A stretch of 64,000 nucleotides of DNA from Acholeplasmataceae bacterium (GCA_963675245.1 OY775910.1:1184001-1248000), one strand, 5' to 3'; shown: positions 1 to 10,166, counted from the stretch's first letter. The notes: generated by a model from the letters alone, not told the origin. Numbers and translations: made by a program.

Positions 1-32
1 CTCAAGCCAACTTTATAAAAATAGATTTATGA
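1..32 (+). CDS. 3' end of an upstream gene (partial), possibly an ABC-2 type permease
   Basis: Frame 3 reads QANFIKIDL then TGA (30-32), overlapping the next ATG as ATGA; the GntR gene has no SD. An F.K.DL ending resembles permeases of YtrA-type operons, but only 9 codons are visible. Confidence 0.35.
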   Translation, partial: QANFIKIDL

Positions 33-412
33 AAAATATCGTTGTAAGGAATACCTCGCAAACACCTATTTACCAACAGCTCTTTGATCAAATATCATCA
101 CAGATTATCAATGGTGATCTTCAATCTGATGAATTACTTCCTTCCATTAGAACAACCGCGAAAGAACTAAGAGTCAGTGTGATTACCATTAAAAAGACAT
201 GGGAGTTATTAGAAGCGAATGGTTTTATTTATACAGTGAAAGGAAAAGGGTCATACGTGAAAGGCAATACCCATATGAGTCTCATGATGAAAAAAAGTGA
301 AGCTGTAAAAAATATCTTAAGAGATTCATTAATCAATTGCCGGGAGTATGAGCTCACAAAAGAAGAATTAATTGATATCGTTAAAGCATTGTATGAGGAA
401 ATCAATCAATAA
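29..412 (+). CDS. GntR family (YtrA-like) transcriptional regulator
   Basis: wHTH motifs PIYQQL...LPSIR..AKELRVSVITIKK...KGKGSYV; 127 aa with short C-terminal helices. Confidence 0.92.
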   Translation: MKNIVVRNTSQTPIYQQLFDQISSQIINGDLQSDELLPSIRTTAKELRVSVITIKKTWELLEANGFIYTVKGKGSYVKGNTHMSLMMKKSEAVKNILRDSLINCREYELTKEELIDIVKALYEEINQ

Positions 413-439
413 AAGAAACTCGGATGAGTTTCTTTTTTT
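411..439 (+). terminator. intrinsic terminator
   Basis: AAAAGAAACTC-GGAT-GAGTTTCTTTTTTT directly after the stop codon. Confidence 0.85.
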
Positions 440-458
440 CATATTTCACGATGGATCA

Positions 459-509
459 TCATTACTAGTGTGTTATACACAGTAATGAATGAATAAATGA
501 TGGTATAAT
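459..509 (+). promoter_or_regulatory. extended -10 promoter with upstream imperfect palindrome (candidate operator)
   Basis: TGGTATAAT at 501-509; TCATTACT(A)GTGT-GTTAT-ACACAGTAATGA at 459-488. Confidence 0.5.
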
Positions 510-539
510 GACATTAATCAAATTAAAGGTGGTCTTTAT

Positions 540-878
540 ATGGATATATTAGTAAATATCGTTATCAATGTTTTAGCATGGTCAGGTATCTGGTTTAGTG
601 AGTATGAAGATCCAAAGAAACAATCAGTGCAAAGTGTGTTGTGGGTGATCACATATACCATCATTCTTATTCTCATTCAAGTGTTAGCACTAAATGCAGA
701 AGCCATTCATCTATATTATATATTCGGTGGTATTTGGTTAGGATTACATATCATGCCATCATCGCTACTCGTATTAACATCACCACGCGCTTCCTATAAA
801 AAAGCGTATGGTGCGACAATGGGTATTATCGCTTTAGTCACGGTTGTTATAACACTCATTACTATCTTTATCAGTTAG
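540..878 (+). CDS. small integral membrane protein, hypothetical
   Basis: 112 aa, about 4 hydrophobic segments, SD-like AAGGTGG upstream. Confidence 0.75.
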   Translation: MDILVNIVINVLAWSGIWFSEYEDPKKQSVQSVLWVITYTIILILIQVLALNAEAIHLYYIFGGIWLGLHIMPSSLLVLTSPRASYKKAYGATMGIIALVTVVITLITIFIS

Positions 879-937
879 CACTATTCATTCTATTTACATT
901 GAAATGTGCTATGATGTGGGTGTAAGGAGGTCTTAAT

Positions 938-1432
938 ATGAACGAAACAGATCAGATCCAAGAGACACTTCATTCATTTACAGAATCATTTCAATCATTG
1001 ATGATTTCATCGCTTACTGAACATGGTGAACCTTATGCATCATATGCACCATTTGTGAAAGTAAAAGATGCTTATTACATCATCATTAGCAAAATCGCGA
1101 AACACTATAAGAACATGCTTAATCATCCTAAAATCACGATCTTGTTTCTAGAAGATGAAGCTCAGGCAGAACATATCTTTTTTCGGAAACGATTATCGTA
1201 TCTTGTTCAAACCATGTTTAGTGAAAATGAATTGATTAAACAAGCGTTTATTAATAAGTTTGGTGACTTCGTTTCCCGTCTTTTTAAAATGGACTTCGTA
1301 GTCGTAAAATGTGAGGTCATTAAAGGTCAATTTATTATTGGTGCTGGTAAGGCATATGAAATAAATCAACACCAAGAAATTATTAGGCAAATGACTGGAA
1401 ATCAGGGAAAAGGACATTCTGTCCATAAGTAG
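938..1432 (+). CDS. HugZ/HutZ-like split-barrel protein (pyridoxamine 5'-phosphate oxidase-like, possible heme binding)
   Basis: GEPYASYAPFV, IISKIAKHYKN, LFLEDE..A..IF.RKRL, GAGKAY; SD AAGGAGG. Confidence 0.8.
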   Translation: MNETDQIQETLHSFTESFQSLMISSLTEHGEPYASYAPFVKVKDAYYIIISKIAKHYKNMLNHPKITILFLEDEAQAEHIFFRKRLSYLVQTMFSENELIKQAFINKFGDFVSRLFKMDFVVVKCEVIKGQFIIGAGKAYEINQHQEIIRQMTGNQGKGHSVHK

Positions 1433-1475
1433 GTTACAAAAATCACGAAAAATTAAGTAAAATCAGATTTTTCCA

Positions 1476-1504
1476 TTGCACAATCAACACTAAAACGATA
1501 CAAT
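1476..1504 (+). promoter_or_regulatory. sigma-A type promoter
   Basis: TTGCAC-17 nt-TACAAT upstream of the HAD gene. Confidence 0.6.
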
Positions 1505-1533
1505 AATAGTGCATTAAAAAAGAGGGTTGATTT

Positions 1534-2160
1534 ATGGCTAAAAACATTATTTTTGATTTTGATGGTACAATTGCAAATACAGAAGAACTAGCATACCATA
1601 TTTATGAGCAAATTGTTTCTGAATACGAAATCTTAAAATTAACAAAAGAAGAATTTGAAGAGCTAAAAAAAGTATCGATGTATGAGAAATTTAAACGGCA
1701 TAAAGTGTCTATCTTTAAATTACCAAAATTAGCGAGAAAAACGATGCGTATTATTGGCCACGTGATGGATGACATTAATCCATATGATGGCATGATTGAA
1801 ACATTACAAATGCTTCATGACAAGGGATTTAACCTTTTCATCGTATCATCAAATTCAAAAAAGAATATCACAAAATTTCTTAGAAGATATCACTTAAACG
1901 TATTTACTGCAATCTTTGGTAAAGCACGCTATTTCGGAAAAGAAAAAATATTATTAAAAGTCTTAAAAAAGTATGATCTAGAAGGACATAACACCATCTA
2001 TATTGGTGATGAAGTCAGAGATATCGTCTCTTGTAAGAATGTGGGTATGCCCATTCTATCAGTGAGTTGGGGATTTGATGATCCAGCATTCTTGAAACAA
2101 GAAAACGAAGGAAACGTTGTTGATACAGTTGAACAACTTAAAACATTATTACTTACGTAA
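1534..2160 (+). CDS. HAD family hydrolase (phosphoglycolate phosphatase-like)
   Basis: Motifs IIFDFDGTIANT, IVSSN, YIGDEVRDI, VSWGF. Confidence 0.9.
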   Translation: MAKNIIFDFDGTIANTEELAYHIYEQIVSEYEILKLTKEEFEELKKVSMYEKFKRHKVSIFKLPKLARKTMRIIGHVMDDINPYDGMIETLQMLHDKGFNLFIVSSNSKKNITKFLRRYHLNVFTAIFGKARYFGKEKILLKVLKKYDLEGHNTIYIGDEVRDIVSCKNVGMPILSVSWGFDDPAFLKQENEGNVVDTVEQLKTLLLT

Positions 2161-2189
2161 GCACGGGAACCCGTGCTTTTTTCTTTTTG
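2159..2189 (+). terminator. intrinsic terminator
   Basis: AAGCACGG-GAAC-CCGTGCTT followed by T-tract. Confidence 0.88.
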
Positions 2190-2235
2190 TTGTGCTATCA
2201 TAAATATATGATTATACGTCATAAGGGGAGATAGC

Positions 2236-3084
2236 ATGACAATTGAAGAGATTAACCAAAAGAAACAAGCCTATGAAAGTCTAAGTATTATTGGTATTAC
2301 ATTGCTGATTCTTGGAATAATCATTGGCATGGCTATGTCACAAAATTCAAATGAAGGGTTGACAATAGTCATCGTTATGATGATTGCGATATCAGGATTT
2401 CTGATTTTATTGTATGCATCATATAAATTCACAAAATTAAAAAAGTATTTTAAGAATCAGTTTGTTAAAGATACATTTGAAAAAGAATTTCCTCATCTAA
2501 CCTATACACCGAATAAAGGATTTGATGAAGATGAAGTCTTTGATTCTGGTGTCTTACAAAAAGCGACAAAGTACACGAGTGAAGACTACATTGAGGGTAG
2601 CGTATCTGGTTATCCATTTGAATCTGCTGATGTACATATACAACAACTCGTATCAACTGGAAAATCTGCTCACTATGTGACTGTATTCCAAGGTAGGTTT
2701 TACAAAATTCATATGCAAAAAGAATTTCCAGCAAATGTATATATCTTACCTAAAACGTATAACTATTTTAAACTCATTCAATCCTATAAGAATTTTGATA
2801 CAGAATCAATTGAATTTTCAAAAGCGTATAAGGTGTATTCAAGTGATCACCTTGAAGCATTAAAAATCGTTAAACCAGTTGTGATGGATCGCTTGTTATC
2901 TTTCAAAGATGATGACGTTAAAAAACTCATGTTTGGTTTTATAGGAAGTACATTATATATGGCTATTGATAATCGAAAAGATAATTTCGATATTAAATTA
3001 TTTAGTGATATTGACGTGGATATTAAAATGAATATCGAAAGCGAAATGGCGTTAACATCCGATTTAATTGAATTAGTGACATAA
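2236..3084 (+). CDS. DUF3137-like membrane protein
   Basis: Two N-terminal TM helices, then SEDYIEG, TVFQGRF, TESIEFSKAYKVYSSD motifs typical of DUF3137. Confidence 0.7.
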   Translation: MTIEEINQKKQAYESLSIIGITLLILGIIIGMAMSQNSNEGLTIVIVMMIAISGFLILLYASYKFTKLKKYFKNQFVKDTFEKEFPHLTYTPNKGFDEDEVFDSGVLQKATKYTSEDYIEGSVSGYPFESADVHIQQLVSTGKSAHYVTVFQGRFYKIHMQKEFPANVYILPKTYNYFKLIQSYKNFDTESIEFSKAYKVYSSDHLEALKIVKPVVMDRLLSFKDDDVKKLMFGFIGSTLYMAIDNRKDNFDIKLFSDIDVDIKMNIESEMALTSDLIELVT

Positions 3085-3110
3085 AAAAGAGGGCAATTAC
3101 CCTCTTTTTT
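3083..3110. terminator. bidirectional terminator
   Basis: AAAAAAGAGGG-CAATTA-CCCTCTTTTTT between convergent genes, overlapping the last ATPase codons. Confidence 0.85.
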
Positions 3111-5766
3111 TAATGACTTTATATATTTCTACAAATATGAGTGGTAAGATGGATAATCCGATAATGATTAACCAGTTTATACCCGTTAATTGAACAAGAC
3201 CAAATATGTTTCTACCGAATGGTAATAAGACAACCATTAATTGTAGGAATACACTCACTAAGAATGCATAATAAATGTATTTATTGGATTGTAATGAGAA
3301 CACAGAAGCTGTTTGACTTCTCACGTTAAATGCGTGTACTAATTGTGATAAGGCTAAGACCATAAATGTCATCGCTTCTGCAGTGACTTCTTCAAAACCA
3401 GTTGGCGCGATTTGCCAACCGATAAAATAGGCACTAAACGCAATTAAACCAATCATCACACCTTGAATAGCAATCATCTTACCTAAGCCGTTAGCAAAAA
3501 TGGATTTAGAAGGATCTCTTGGTTTGTTGTCCATGACATTTTTTTCACGTGGCTCTAAGCCTAACGCGATTGCCATCAGTGAATCGGTGACTAAGTTGAC
3601 CCATAAGATTTGAACAGCAGTCAGTGTTGTTACTTGACTACCAAAGATAAAAATACCTAATGACGTGCCTAAGAAGATCGCGACAATTTCACCAATATTA
3701 CATGAGAGTAAGAAGTGAATCGCTTTTTTAATGTTAGAGAAGATAGTACGTCCTTCACCAACAGCAGTAACAATGGTTGTGAAGTTATCATCAGTTAAGA
3801 TCATATCTGCGGCACCCTTAGCGACTTCTGTACCTGTAATGCCCATCGCAATCCCGATATCGGCTCTTTTTATGGAAGGGGCATCATTGACACCATCTCC
3901 AGTCATCGCGACAATTTGACCGGCTTTTTGCCACGCCTCAACGATTCTCACTTTGTTTTCTGGACTGACACGTGCATAAACTCTGATGGATGGTAGTTTA
4001 GACATAAACGTATCATCGTCCATATGATCTAAATCTTTACCAGTGATAGCGAGTTCACCTTCACTTAAGATCTTTAAATCTTTTGCGATGGCGATGGCGG
4101 TATTAATATGATCACCTGTAATCATGATCGTTTTAATACCTGCATTGACACAAACGTGAATCGCGTCTTTAACCTCCGGTCTTGCAGGATCTATCATACC
4201 GACTAAACCTACTAAAGTTAAGTCTGTTTCCAGATCAGCATGTTTTAAATCTTCAAGCTTTCTGTTTTTATCGATCTTTTTATAAGCGACTGCTAAGACA
4301 CGTAACGCTTGATTAGCCATATCTTGATTCGCTTTTTCATAGGTTGATAAGTTTTTGATATCATCTTTATCAATTGCTTTTGTCCGAGAGAAGATGACAT
4401 CTGGTGCACCTTTAATGACGGCGTATCTGCCATCTTTAAAATCATGTACCGTCGTCATGAGTTTTCTTTCGGAATCAAAAGGAAGTTCATAAATTCTCGG
4501 GTTTTGTTTAAACGTTTCAATCGGTGGTTGTTTTAAGATAATCGCTAAATCAATAAATGCGATTTCTGTCGGATCACCAATTTTCACAAACGATTTATTT
4601 TTCATCGATACTTTTGTATCATTACATAACACACCAAATTTAGCAAGTTCATTCAATGTTTCATTTGATGTCGTACTTTGATTAATATCTGTTTCACCTA
4701 AATGAGTAAACACTTTTGTGACAGTCATTAAGTTTTGCGTTAATGTACCAGTTTTATCTGAACAAATAATCGCTGTAGAACCTAATGTTTCAACTGCTGG
4801 TAATGTTCTAATAATTGCTTGTTTTTTCACAAGGTTTTGCATACCTAAAGCTAAGACAATCGTAATAATCGCAGGTAACCCTTCAGGGATAGCTGCAACA
4901 GCTAACGCAATTGATGTAAGAAGTGCTTCTCTAAAGACATCGAATGCGAGTTCACCTGTTGTAATATAGGCTTCAATCATCGTTATCGCAAAAATAACAA
5001 TAACAATACCTAACGCGATAAAAGCGAGCGTTTTACCGAGACTTGCCATACTCTTTTGAAGCGGGGTTTGACTATCTTTCGTTTCTGTTAACATGGTTGC
5101 TATTTTACCGAGCTCAGTGTTCATACCAGTTGATACAACAACCGCACGACCTCTACCATAAGTCACAACCGTACCCATATATCCAAGATTGGTTCGATCA
5201 CCTAAGGCAACCTCATCTGCATCAATCGCATCAGTCGATTTTTGGACAGGGACTGCTTCACCAGTTAATGTCGATTCATCGACTTTTAAATTAATAGATT
5301 CTATGAGTCTTACATCTGCAGGCATATAATCACCTGCATCAAGTATGACGATATCACCTACGGTTATGTATTTGACATCAATCAATTGTTCTCTACCATC
5401 TCTCAAGACTTTCGTTTGAGGTGAGGAAAGTGCTTTAATAGAAGCTAATGCCTTTTCAGCACGTGATTCTTGAACTAAACCTAACACAGCGTTAATTAAC
5501 ACGATTGCGATAATTAAAAACCCCTCCGCCACTTCATGTGTTATAAAGGAGATAATACTCGCCGCGAGAAGAATATAAATCATAAAGTCATTGATTTGAT
5601 CAAAGAACTTTAAGATTAAAGGTCTTTTCTTTCCTTCATCAAGTTGATTGATACCATGTGTTTCAAGTCTTTGTTTTGCTTCCTTATCACTTAAACCATG
5701 CTGATTATTGGCTTGATAGTGTTTAATACTTTCTTCAATTGTCATCTGGTGATTAAATTTTGCCAT
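3097..5766 (-). CDS. cation-translocating P-type ATPase (Ca2+, type IIA-like)
   Basis: LTGE, AIPEGLP, DKTGTLT phosphorylation site, KGAP, TGDGVNDAP, LWVNLVTD. Confidence 0.96.
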   Translation of the reverse strand: MAKFNHQMTIEESIKHYQANNQHGLSDKEAKQRLETHGINQLDEGKKRPLILKFFDQINDFMIYILLAASIISFITHEVAEGFLIIAIVLINAVLGLVQESRAEKALASIKALSSPQTKVLRDGREQLIDVKYITVGDIVILDAGDYMPADVRLIESINLKVDESTLTGEAVPVQKSTDAIDADEVALGDRTNLGYMGTVVTYGRGRAVVVSTGMNTELGKIATMLTETKDSQTPLQKSMASLGKTLAFIALGIVIVIFAITMIEAYITTGELAFDVFREALLTSIALAVAAIPEGLPAIITIVLALGMQNLVKKQAIIRTLPAVETLGSTAIICSDKTGTLTQNLMTVTKVFTHLGETDINQSTTSNETLNELAKFGVLCNDTKVSMKNKSFVKIGDPTEIAFIDLAIILKQPPIETFKQNPRIYELPFDSERKLMTTVHDFKDGRYAVIKGAPDVIFSRTKAIDKDDIKNLSTYEKANQDMANQALRVLAVAYKKIDKNRKLEDLKHADLETDLTLVGLVGMIDPARPEVKDAIHVCVNAGIKTIMITGDHINTAIAIAKDLKILSEGELAITGKDLDHMDDDTFMSKLPSIRVYARVSPENKVRIVEAWQKAGQIVAMTGDGVNDAPSIKRADIGIAMGITGTEVAKGAADMILTDDNFTTIVTAVGEGRTIFSNIKKAIHFLLSCNIGEIVAIFLGTSLGIFIFGSQVTTLTAVQILWVNLVTDSLMAIALGLEPREKNVMDNKPRDPSKSIFANGLGKMIAIQGVMIGLIAFSAYFIGWQIAPTGFEEVTAEAMTFMVLALSQLVHAFNVRSQTASVFSLQSNKYIYYAFLVSVFLQLMVVLLPFGRNIFGLVQLTGINWLIIIGLSILPLIFVEIYKVIKKRG

Positions 5767-5832
5767 TGTAGACTCCTAAAATGTATTGATCATACTCTAT
5801 TATTCTATCATATTGATGATAGGCACTCAAAC

Positions 5833-5855
5833 AAAAAAGGGTTGTCAACAACCCT
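5833..5855 (-). terminator. intrinsic terminator
   Basis: AAAAAAGGGTTG-TCAA-CAACCCT at the end of the minus-strand membrane protein gene. Confidence 0.7.
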
Positions 5856-6639
5856 AAATATTTGTATATTTGTTTTTGATATCGTATAGTATAGAAATCA
5901 ATAATGCAGTAGAGACTAAACCAATAAGTCCTAGTAACAGACTAGCTTGGTTAACGATTTGATAAAGTGCCTGAGGTATATAACCATTTTGTGTGCCTTG
6001 ATCAAATAGACTCATTAACAGGGATATGCCAGCAAGCACAAGCGATATCCAACTAAGCACAATGACTTTAGAAGGATTTGCTTTCTTATAGATGTTCTCT
6101 GCCTCTAGGTTTTCTTTTAATTCTCTTAAAAACGAAATGGTTATCAACATGAGCCACACGACTAACGCAGTAAGTCCACCAAACAATAACATGAGGAATA
6201 ATCCCAAACCAGGCATCACAAACAACACACCAACCATACCGATAAATCCAAACAGTAGTGCAATAATTGCGATAACCAATGCTATTTTCATATAAACTTT
6301 CGCATAACCAAACCATTTTGCTGTGTTCGTCGCATTAATTTTACGTGCACTTAAATAGACACCTAAATAAAACAATGGTACTAGTGCACTTAAGATCAAA
6401 GCTATATAAAAAATAAAATTAAAATCTGATAAATTAACCGTTTGATTTTCAACTGTGACTACAATATCTGCTGAAATAAATTGAATCATGATGAATGCAG
6501 ATATGCCAAATGATATCACTGATAAAATCATTAACAGTAACGCTTTAGTATCACCCAAAATCGTCATTAAAGCATGTTTAGATTTTGCTGAATACTCTTT
6601 TAAAAGAACAGACTCGTCTTGCTTAAACTCATCGAACAT
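5854..6639 (-). CDS. multi-pass membrane protein, hypothetical
   Basis: 261 aa, about 6 TM segments; SD AGAGGGG upstream. Confidence 0.78.
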   Translation of the reverse strand: MFDEFKQDESVLLKEYSAKSKHALMTILGDTKALLLMILSVISFGISAFIMIQFISADIVVTVENQTVNLSDFNFIFYIALILSALVPLFYLGVYLSARKINATNTAKWFGYAKVYMKIALVIAIIALLFGFIGMVGVLFVMPGLGLFLMLLFGGLTALVVWLMLITISFLRELKENLEAENIYKKANPSKVIVLSWISLVLAGISLLMSLFDQGTQNGYIPQALYQIVNQASLLLGLIGLVSTALLISILYDIKNKYTNI

Positions 6640-6679
6640 ATAAATACCCCTCTATTTTGTGTTTTCTTATATTATAGCA

Positions 6680-7885
6680 TTATTTTTCTCTTAGTAAAGG
6701 CATTGTCATACATCTTGGTCCGCCACGTCCTCTTGATAGTTCAGATGACTTAATCGTAATGGTCTTAATACCATGTTCTTTTAATAACTTATTTGTTATT
6801 ACATTTCGTTCGTAAACGACAACGAGACCCGGTTTAATCGAAAGAGCGTTCGCTGCATCACTCCATTGTTCTCTATCAGATGAGATTTTAGAATCGCCAC
6901 CACAGGGAATCATCGTGACTTTTTCCCCTAAATATCTAGAGAATACTTGCGCGAGTGTCGCATGTCTTTCATTAATATATAATCGACCAGGTTTGCCATC
7001 TTTTTTAATTTCATAGATATTTAAAGGTTTTAAAAAAGCGTGATGAATTAAAAATTTAGCGTGATCAACCTGCGTAAGAATTGTATCTAAATGCATAAAT
7101 GTTCTCTTTTTAGGAAGATCAATTGCGAGTATTGTTTTCGCCTCAGTTTGCTCAAATAAACGGTTAGCAAGTATTTCGATTGCTTCCGGTTCAGTGCGTT
7201 CACTCAAACCTATAGCGATTGTATCAGCATTTAATAACAATATATCGCCACCTTCTAAAGCAAACTCATCGGCTCTTTCATACACATGTTTAGTCTCTTT
7301 ATAATCAGGATGATAATTAAAGATATATTCACCATAAATGGATTCACGTTGTCTCGCTTGTTTAAACATATGATGCAAAGATACCGTATCAAAAATGATA
7401 CTAAATGGGTCTCTTGTAAAATACAAATTAGGCATTGGTGCAGTAATAAAAGGATAATCTCTAATATAATCTTTTAACCCGTGTTTTCTAAAGGGTTTAA
7501 ATTGTTCTTTAACGATGCCTGACATCGTGCGTTTAACCATATCTTTTGTAGGTAACGTATTTAAATAATTAAAGATTTTTTTCATCGCTTGTGGATGACG
7601 AATATTAGATTCTAATATAAATTGATGAATGAATTTCTTCTTAATTTGTGGATCCACTAAACTCTCTACAACCAAATCAATGAGATAAACGACTTCAACG
7701 CCCTCTCTTTGCAATTGGGCGACAAAAAAATCATGCTCTTCCTGAGCATTTTTAAGCCAAGGGATGTCATCAAAGAGAAGTTCATTCAACCATGTTGGTG
7801 TCAAGTTTGTTAGTTCATCACCAGGGCGATGAACTAAGACACGTTTAAGTGATTTAATTTCTGAGTTAACATAAAGTTGTTTCAT
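6680..7885 (-). CDS. arcA: arginine deiminase
   Basis: VNSEI..LKRVLVHRPG, PMPNLYFTRD, FMHLDT, SELSRGRGGPRCMTMPL; start moved to ATG 7885 (SD GGAGG at 7891-7895). Confidence 0.95.
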   Translation of the reverse strand: MKQLYVNSEIKSLKRVLVHRPGDELTNLTPTWLNELLFDDIPWLKNAQEEHDFFVAQLQREGVEVVYLIDLVVESLVDPQIKKKFIHQFILESNIRHPQAMKKIFNYLNTLPTKDMVKRTMSGIVKEQFKPFRKHGLKDYIRDYPFITAPMPNLYFTRDPFSIIFDTVSLHHMFKQARQRESIYGEYIFNYHPDYKETKHVYERADEFALEGGDILLLNADTIAIGLSERTEPEAIEILANRLFEQTEAKTILAIDLPKKRTFMHLDTILTQVDHAKFLIHHAFLKPLNIYEIKKDGKPGRLYINERHATLAQVFSRYLGEKVTMIPCGGDSKISSDREQWSDAANALSIKPGLVVVYERNVITNKLLKEHGIKTITIKSSELSRGRGGPRCMTMPLLREK

Positions 7886-7987
7886 ATTGACCTCCAAGAT
7901 AAGTATAACACATAAAAAAGCACCCTAAAAATCGGTTATCTATCTTGCATATTTGATATAATAAATATAAGTTAGGTGGAGATAAAC

Positions 7988-9154
7988 ATGAAGAAATTAA
8001 AAATCGGTTTATTCATAGATACATATTTTCCTATGGTAGACGGTGTCGTCATCGTTGTTCATAACTATGCATTAAGGCTGAGCAAAGTTGCAGATGTCAC
8101 AGTGTTCGCCCCAAAACCTAGAGATAAAGACTATAACATCGATCTTCCATATAAAGTCGTTAGATGTCATCGGATGAAAGTCCCATTTACTGATTATGAT
8201 TTAGGAACACCTGTATTTGACCATCAATTTAGAAAAACATTAAAACAGTCTGAACTTGATATTGTCCATATTCATTCACCATTTGAGGTGGGTAAAATCG
8301 GCGTAAAATATGCGAAAAAACATCACCTACCTATAGTTGCGTCTTTGCATAGTCAATACAAGAAAGATTTTTTAGACCGTACGAATTCTAAACTTATCAC
8401 GCATATCGCTTTAAAACAACTCATTAGTCTACTCAATAAAGCGGATTATTTTTGGGCGGTTAATCAAAAGGTTGCAGATATATTTTTAACTTATGGGTTA
8501 AAAGAATTACCTGATGTTAGTTATAATGCGACAGATATGGTGTTCAATGACGATGATAATGCTGTTGAAGCGCTACGTAAAGCGATTAAAAAGAATGAGG
8601 ATGACCATATATTCTTGTTCGTTGGACGGATTGACTTTATCAAGAATCTTGATTTTCTGATGCGTAGCCTTCACGTCTTGCATCAACAAGATTTTCCATT
8701 CCAAATGGTATTTATTGGTAGTGGCCCACATGAAAAAGCAATACAAAAGATTGCTGAAAAATCAGGCATGTCAAAACGTGTAAGATTTGAAGGTCGTATT
8801 ACAGACAGAGTCAAACTCTCGCTATATTATCGAGCTGCTGATCTCTTTGTATTCCCATCTACTTATGATACCAATTCACTGGTTCAAATTGAGGCAGCCA
8901 GTCAAAAGACACCATCCATTTTTGTTGAACATAGTGCCACCTCATATATGATAAAAAATGATGTCAATGGTTATATTGCTGCTGCTGATATCCACGCTTT
9001 TGCAAATAAGATAATTAACATATTCAAAGATCAAGATACCTATCAGAAAGTATGTGAAAATGCTTATCAAACTGTCTATCATTCATGGGATGAAGTGGTT
9101 GGAAAAGCATATGAAAGATATCAGTTAATGGCTGACAAAACGAAGGGCGATTAA
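7988..9154 (+). CDS. GT4 glycosyltransferase, 1,2-diacylglycerol glucosyltransferase-like (glycolipid synthase)
   Basis: IGLFIDTYFPMVDGV, DIVHIHSPF, LFVGRI..KN, FVFPS.YDT..LV..EA; start ATG 7988 after GGAG; TGATATAAT at 7954-7962. Confidence 0.85.
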   Translation: MKKLKIGLFIDTYFPMVDGVVIVVHNYALRLSKVADVTVFAPKPRDKDYNIDLPYKVVRCHRMKVPFTDYDLGTPVFDHQFRKTLKQSELDIVHIHSPFEVGKIGVKYAKKHHLPIVASLHSQYKKDFLDRTNSKLITHIALKQLISLLNKADYFWAVNQKVADIFLTYGLKELPDVSYNATDMVFNDDDNAVEALRKAIKKNEDDHIFLFVGRIDFIKNLDFLMRSLHVLHQQDFPFQMVFIGSGPHEKAIQKIAEKSGMSKRVRFEGRITDRVKLSLYYRAADLFVFPSTYDTNSLVQIEAASQKTPSIFVEHSATSYMIKNDVNGYIAAADIHAFANKIINIFKDQDTYQKVCENAYQTVYHSWDEVVGKAYERYQLMADKTKGD

Positions 9155-9167
9155 GCCCTTTCTTTTT
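9143..9167 (+). terminator. intrinsic terminator
   Basis: AAGGGC-GATTAA-GCCCTT-TCTTTTT. Confidence 0.75.
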
Positions 9168-9169
9168 AC

Positions 9170-9197
9170 TTGCATATCACATTTAAAAGCGTATAAT
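9170..9197 (+). promoter_or_regulatory. sigma-A type promoter for pgpA-msrB
   Basis: TTGCAT-16 nt-TATAAT. Confidence 0.65.
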
Positions 9198-9226
9198 TGA
9201 AATACACCCTAAAAGGAGATGATCAG

Positions 9227-9736
9227 ATGGCAGATTTAAATCCATCTTTAAAAAAAGAAACACTGTTTCAAATCAGTATTGATCGACTGATTGAACGTGG
9301 TGTCAACATGCAAGATATTGCAGAAATTACATATGATTTACAAAAGAAGTATATCCCTGATTTGACGATCGAGTTATGTTTAGAACATGTCGAAAAAGTA
9401 CTCATGAAACGAGAAGTGCAACATGCTTTAATTACAGGGATTGAACTTGATGTTTTAGCTGAAAAAAACTTACTTAGTGAACCACTATTAACGATGCTTA
9501 AAACAGACTATAGTTTATATGGAATTGATGAAATTATGGCACTATCGATTGTTAACGTATATGGGTCAATTGGTTTTACCAATTTCGGTTTTGTTGATAA
9601 AATGAAGTACGGAATTATTAAAAAGCTTGATGATGAGGGCAAACAAACAGATAAATGTCACACATTTTTAGATGATATCGTAGGCGGGATTGCTGCTGCT
9701 GCAGCAAGCTCTTTAGCGCATCGGTTTGGGAAGTGA
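9227..9736 (+). CDS. pgpA: phosphatidylglycerophosphatase A (YutG-like)
   Basis: [41 protein letters not shown]; start ATG 9227 after AAGGAG. Confidence 0.88.
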   Translation: MADLNPSLKKETLFQISIDRLIERGVNMQDIAEITYDLQKKYIPDLTIELCLEHVEKVLMKREVQHALITGIELDVLAEKNLLSEPLLTMLKTDYSLYGIDEIMALSIVNVYGSIGFTNFGFVDKMKYGIIKKLDDEGKQTDKCHTFLDDIVGGIAAAAASSLAHRFGK

Positions 9737-9740
9737 TGAT

Positions 9741-10166
9741 ATGGATAAAAAAGAGTTAAAGAAGAAATTGACACCACTACAATTTCATGTGACACAAGAA
9801 AACGGAACAGAACACCCTTTTAAGAACGAATACTGGGATCATTTTAAAGAAGGTATTTATGTCGATATTGTATCTGGAGAACCACTCTTTTCAAGTTTAG
9901 ATAAGTTTGATAGCAGTTGTGGTTGGCCAAGCTTTGCAAAACCACTCCAAACAGTGAATACCAAGTTAGATAAATCACATGGCATGCATCGTACCGAGGT
10001 AAGAAGTAAAGAAGCAGATAGTCATTTAGGTCATTTATTTCCTGATGGGCCACTAGAACTTGGTGGATACAGATATTGTATCAACTCAGCATCTCTTCGT
10101 TTCATTCCAAAAGAAGATTTAGAAAAAGAAGGGTATGCTAAATATTTAGCACTATTTAAAAAGTGA
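9741..10166 (+). CDS. msrB: peptide-methionine (R)-S-oxide reductase
   Basis: GTE.PF, CGWPSF, RTEVR, SHLGHLF.DGP, RYCINS; start ATG 9741. Confidence 0.96.
   Translation: MDKKELKKKLTPLQFHVTQENGTEHPFKNEYWDHFKEGIYVDIVSGEPLFSSLDKFDSSCGWPSFAKPLQTVNTKLDKSHGMHRTEVRSKEADSHLGHLFPDGPLELGGYRYCINSASLRFIPKEDLEKEGYAKYLALFKK

Noticed and set aside
9734..10166. UGA recoding (Mycoplasma code 4, selenocysteine in MsrB, or a pgpA-msrB fusion)
   Set aside because: TGA ends several complete genes, long ORFs use TGG for Trp, the MsrB catalytic Cys is TGT, and pgpA and msrB are in different frames
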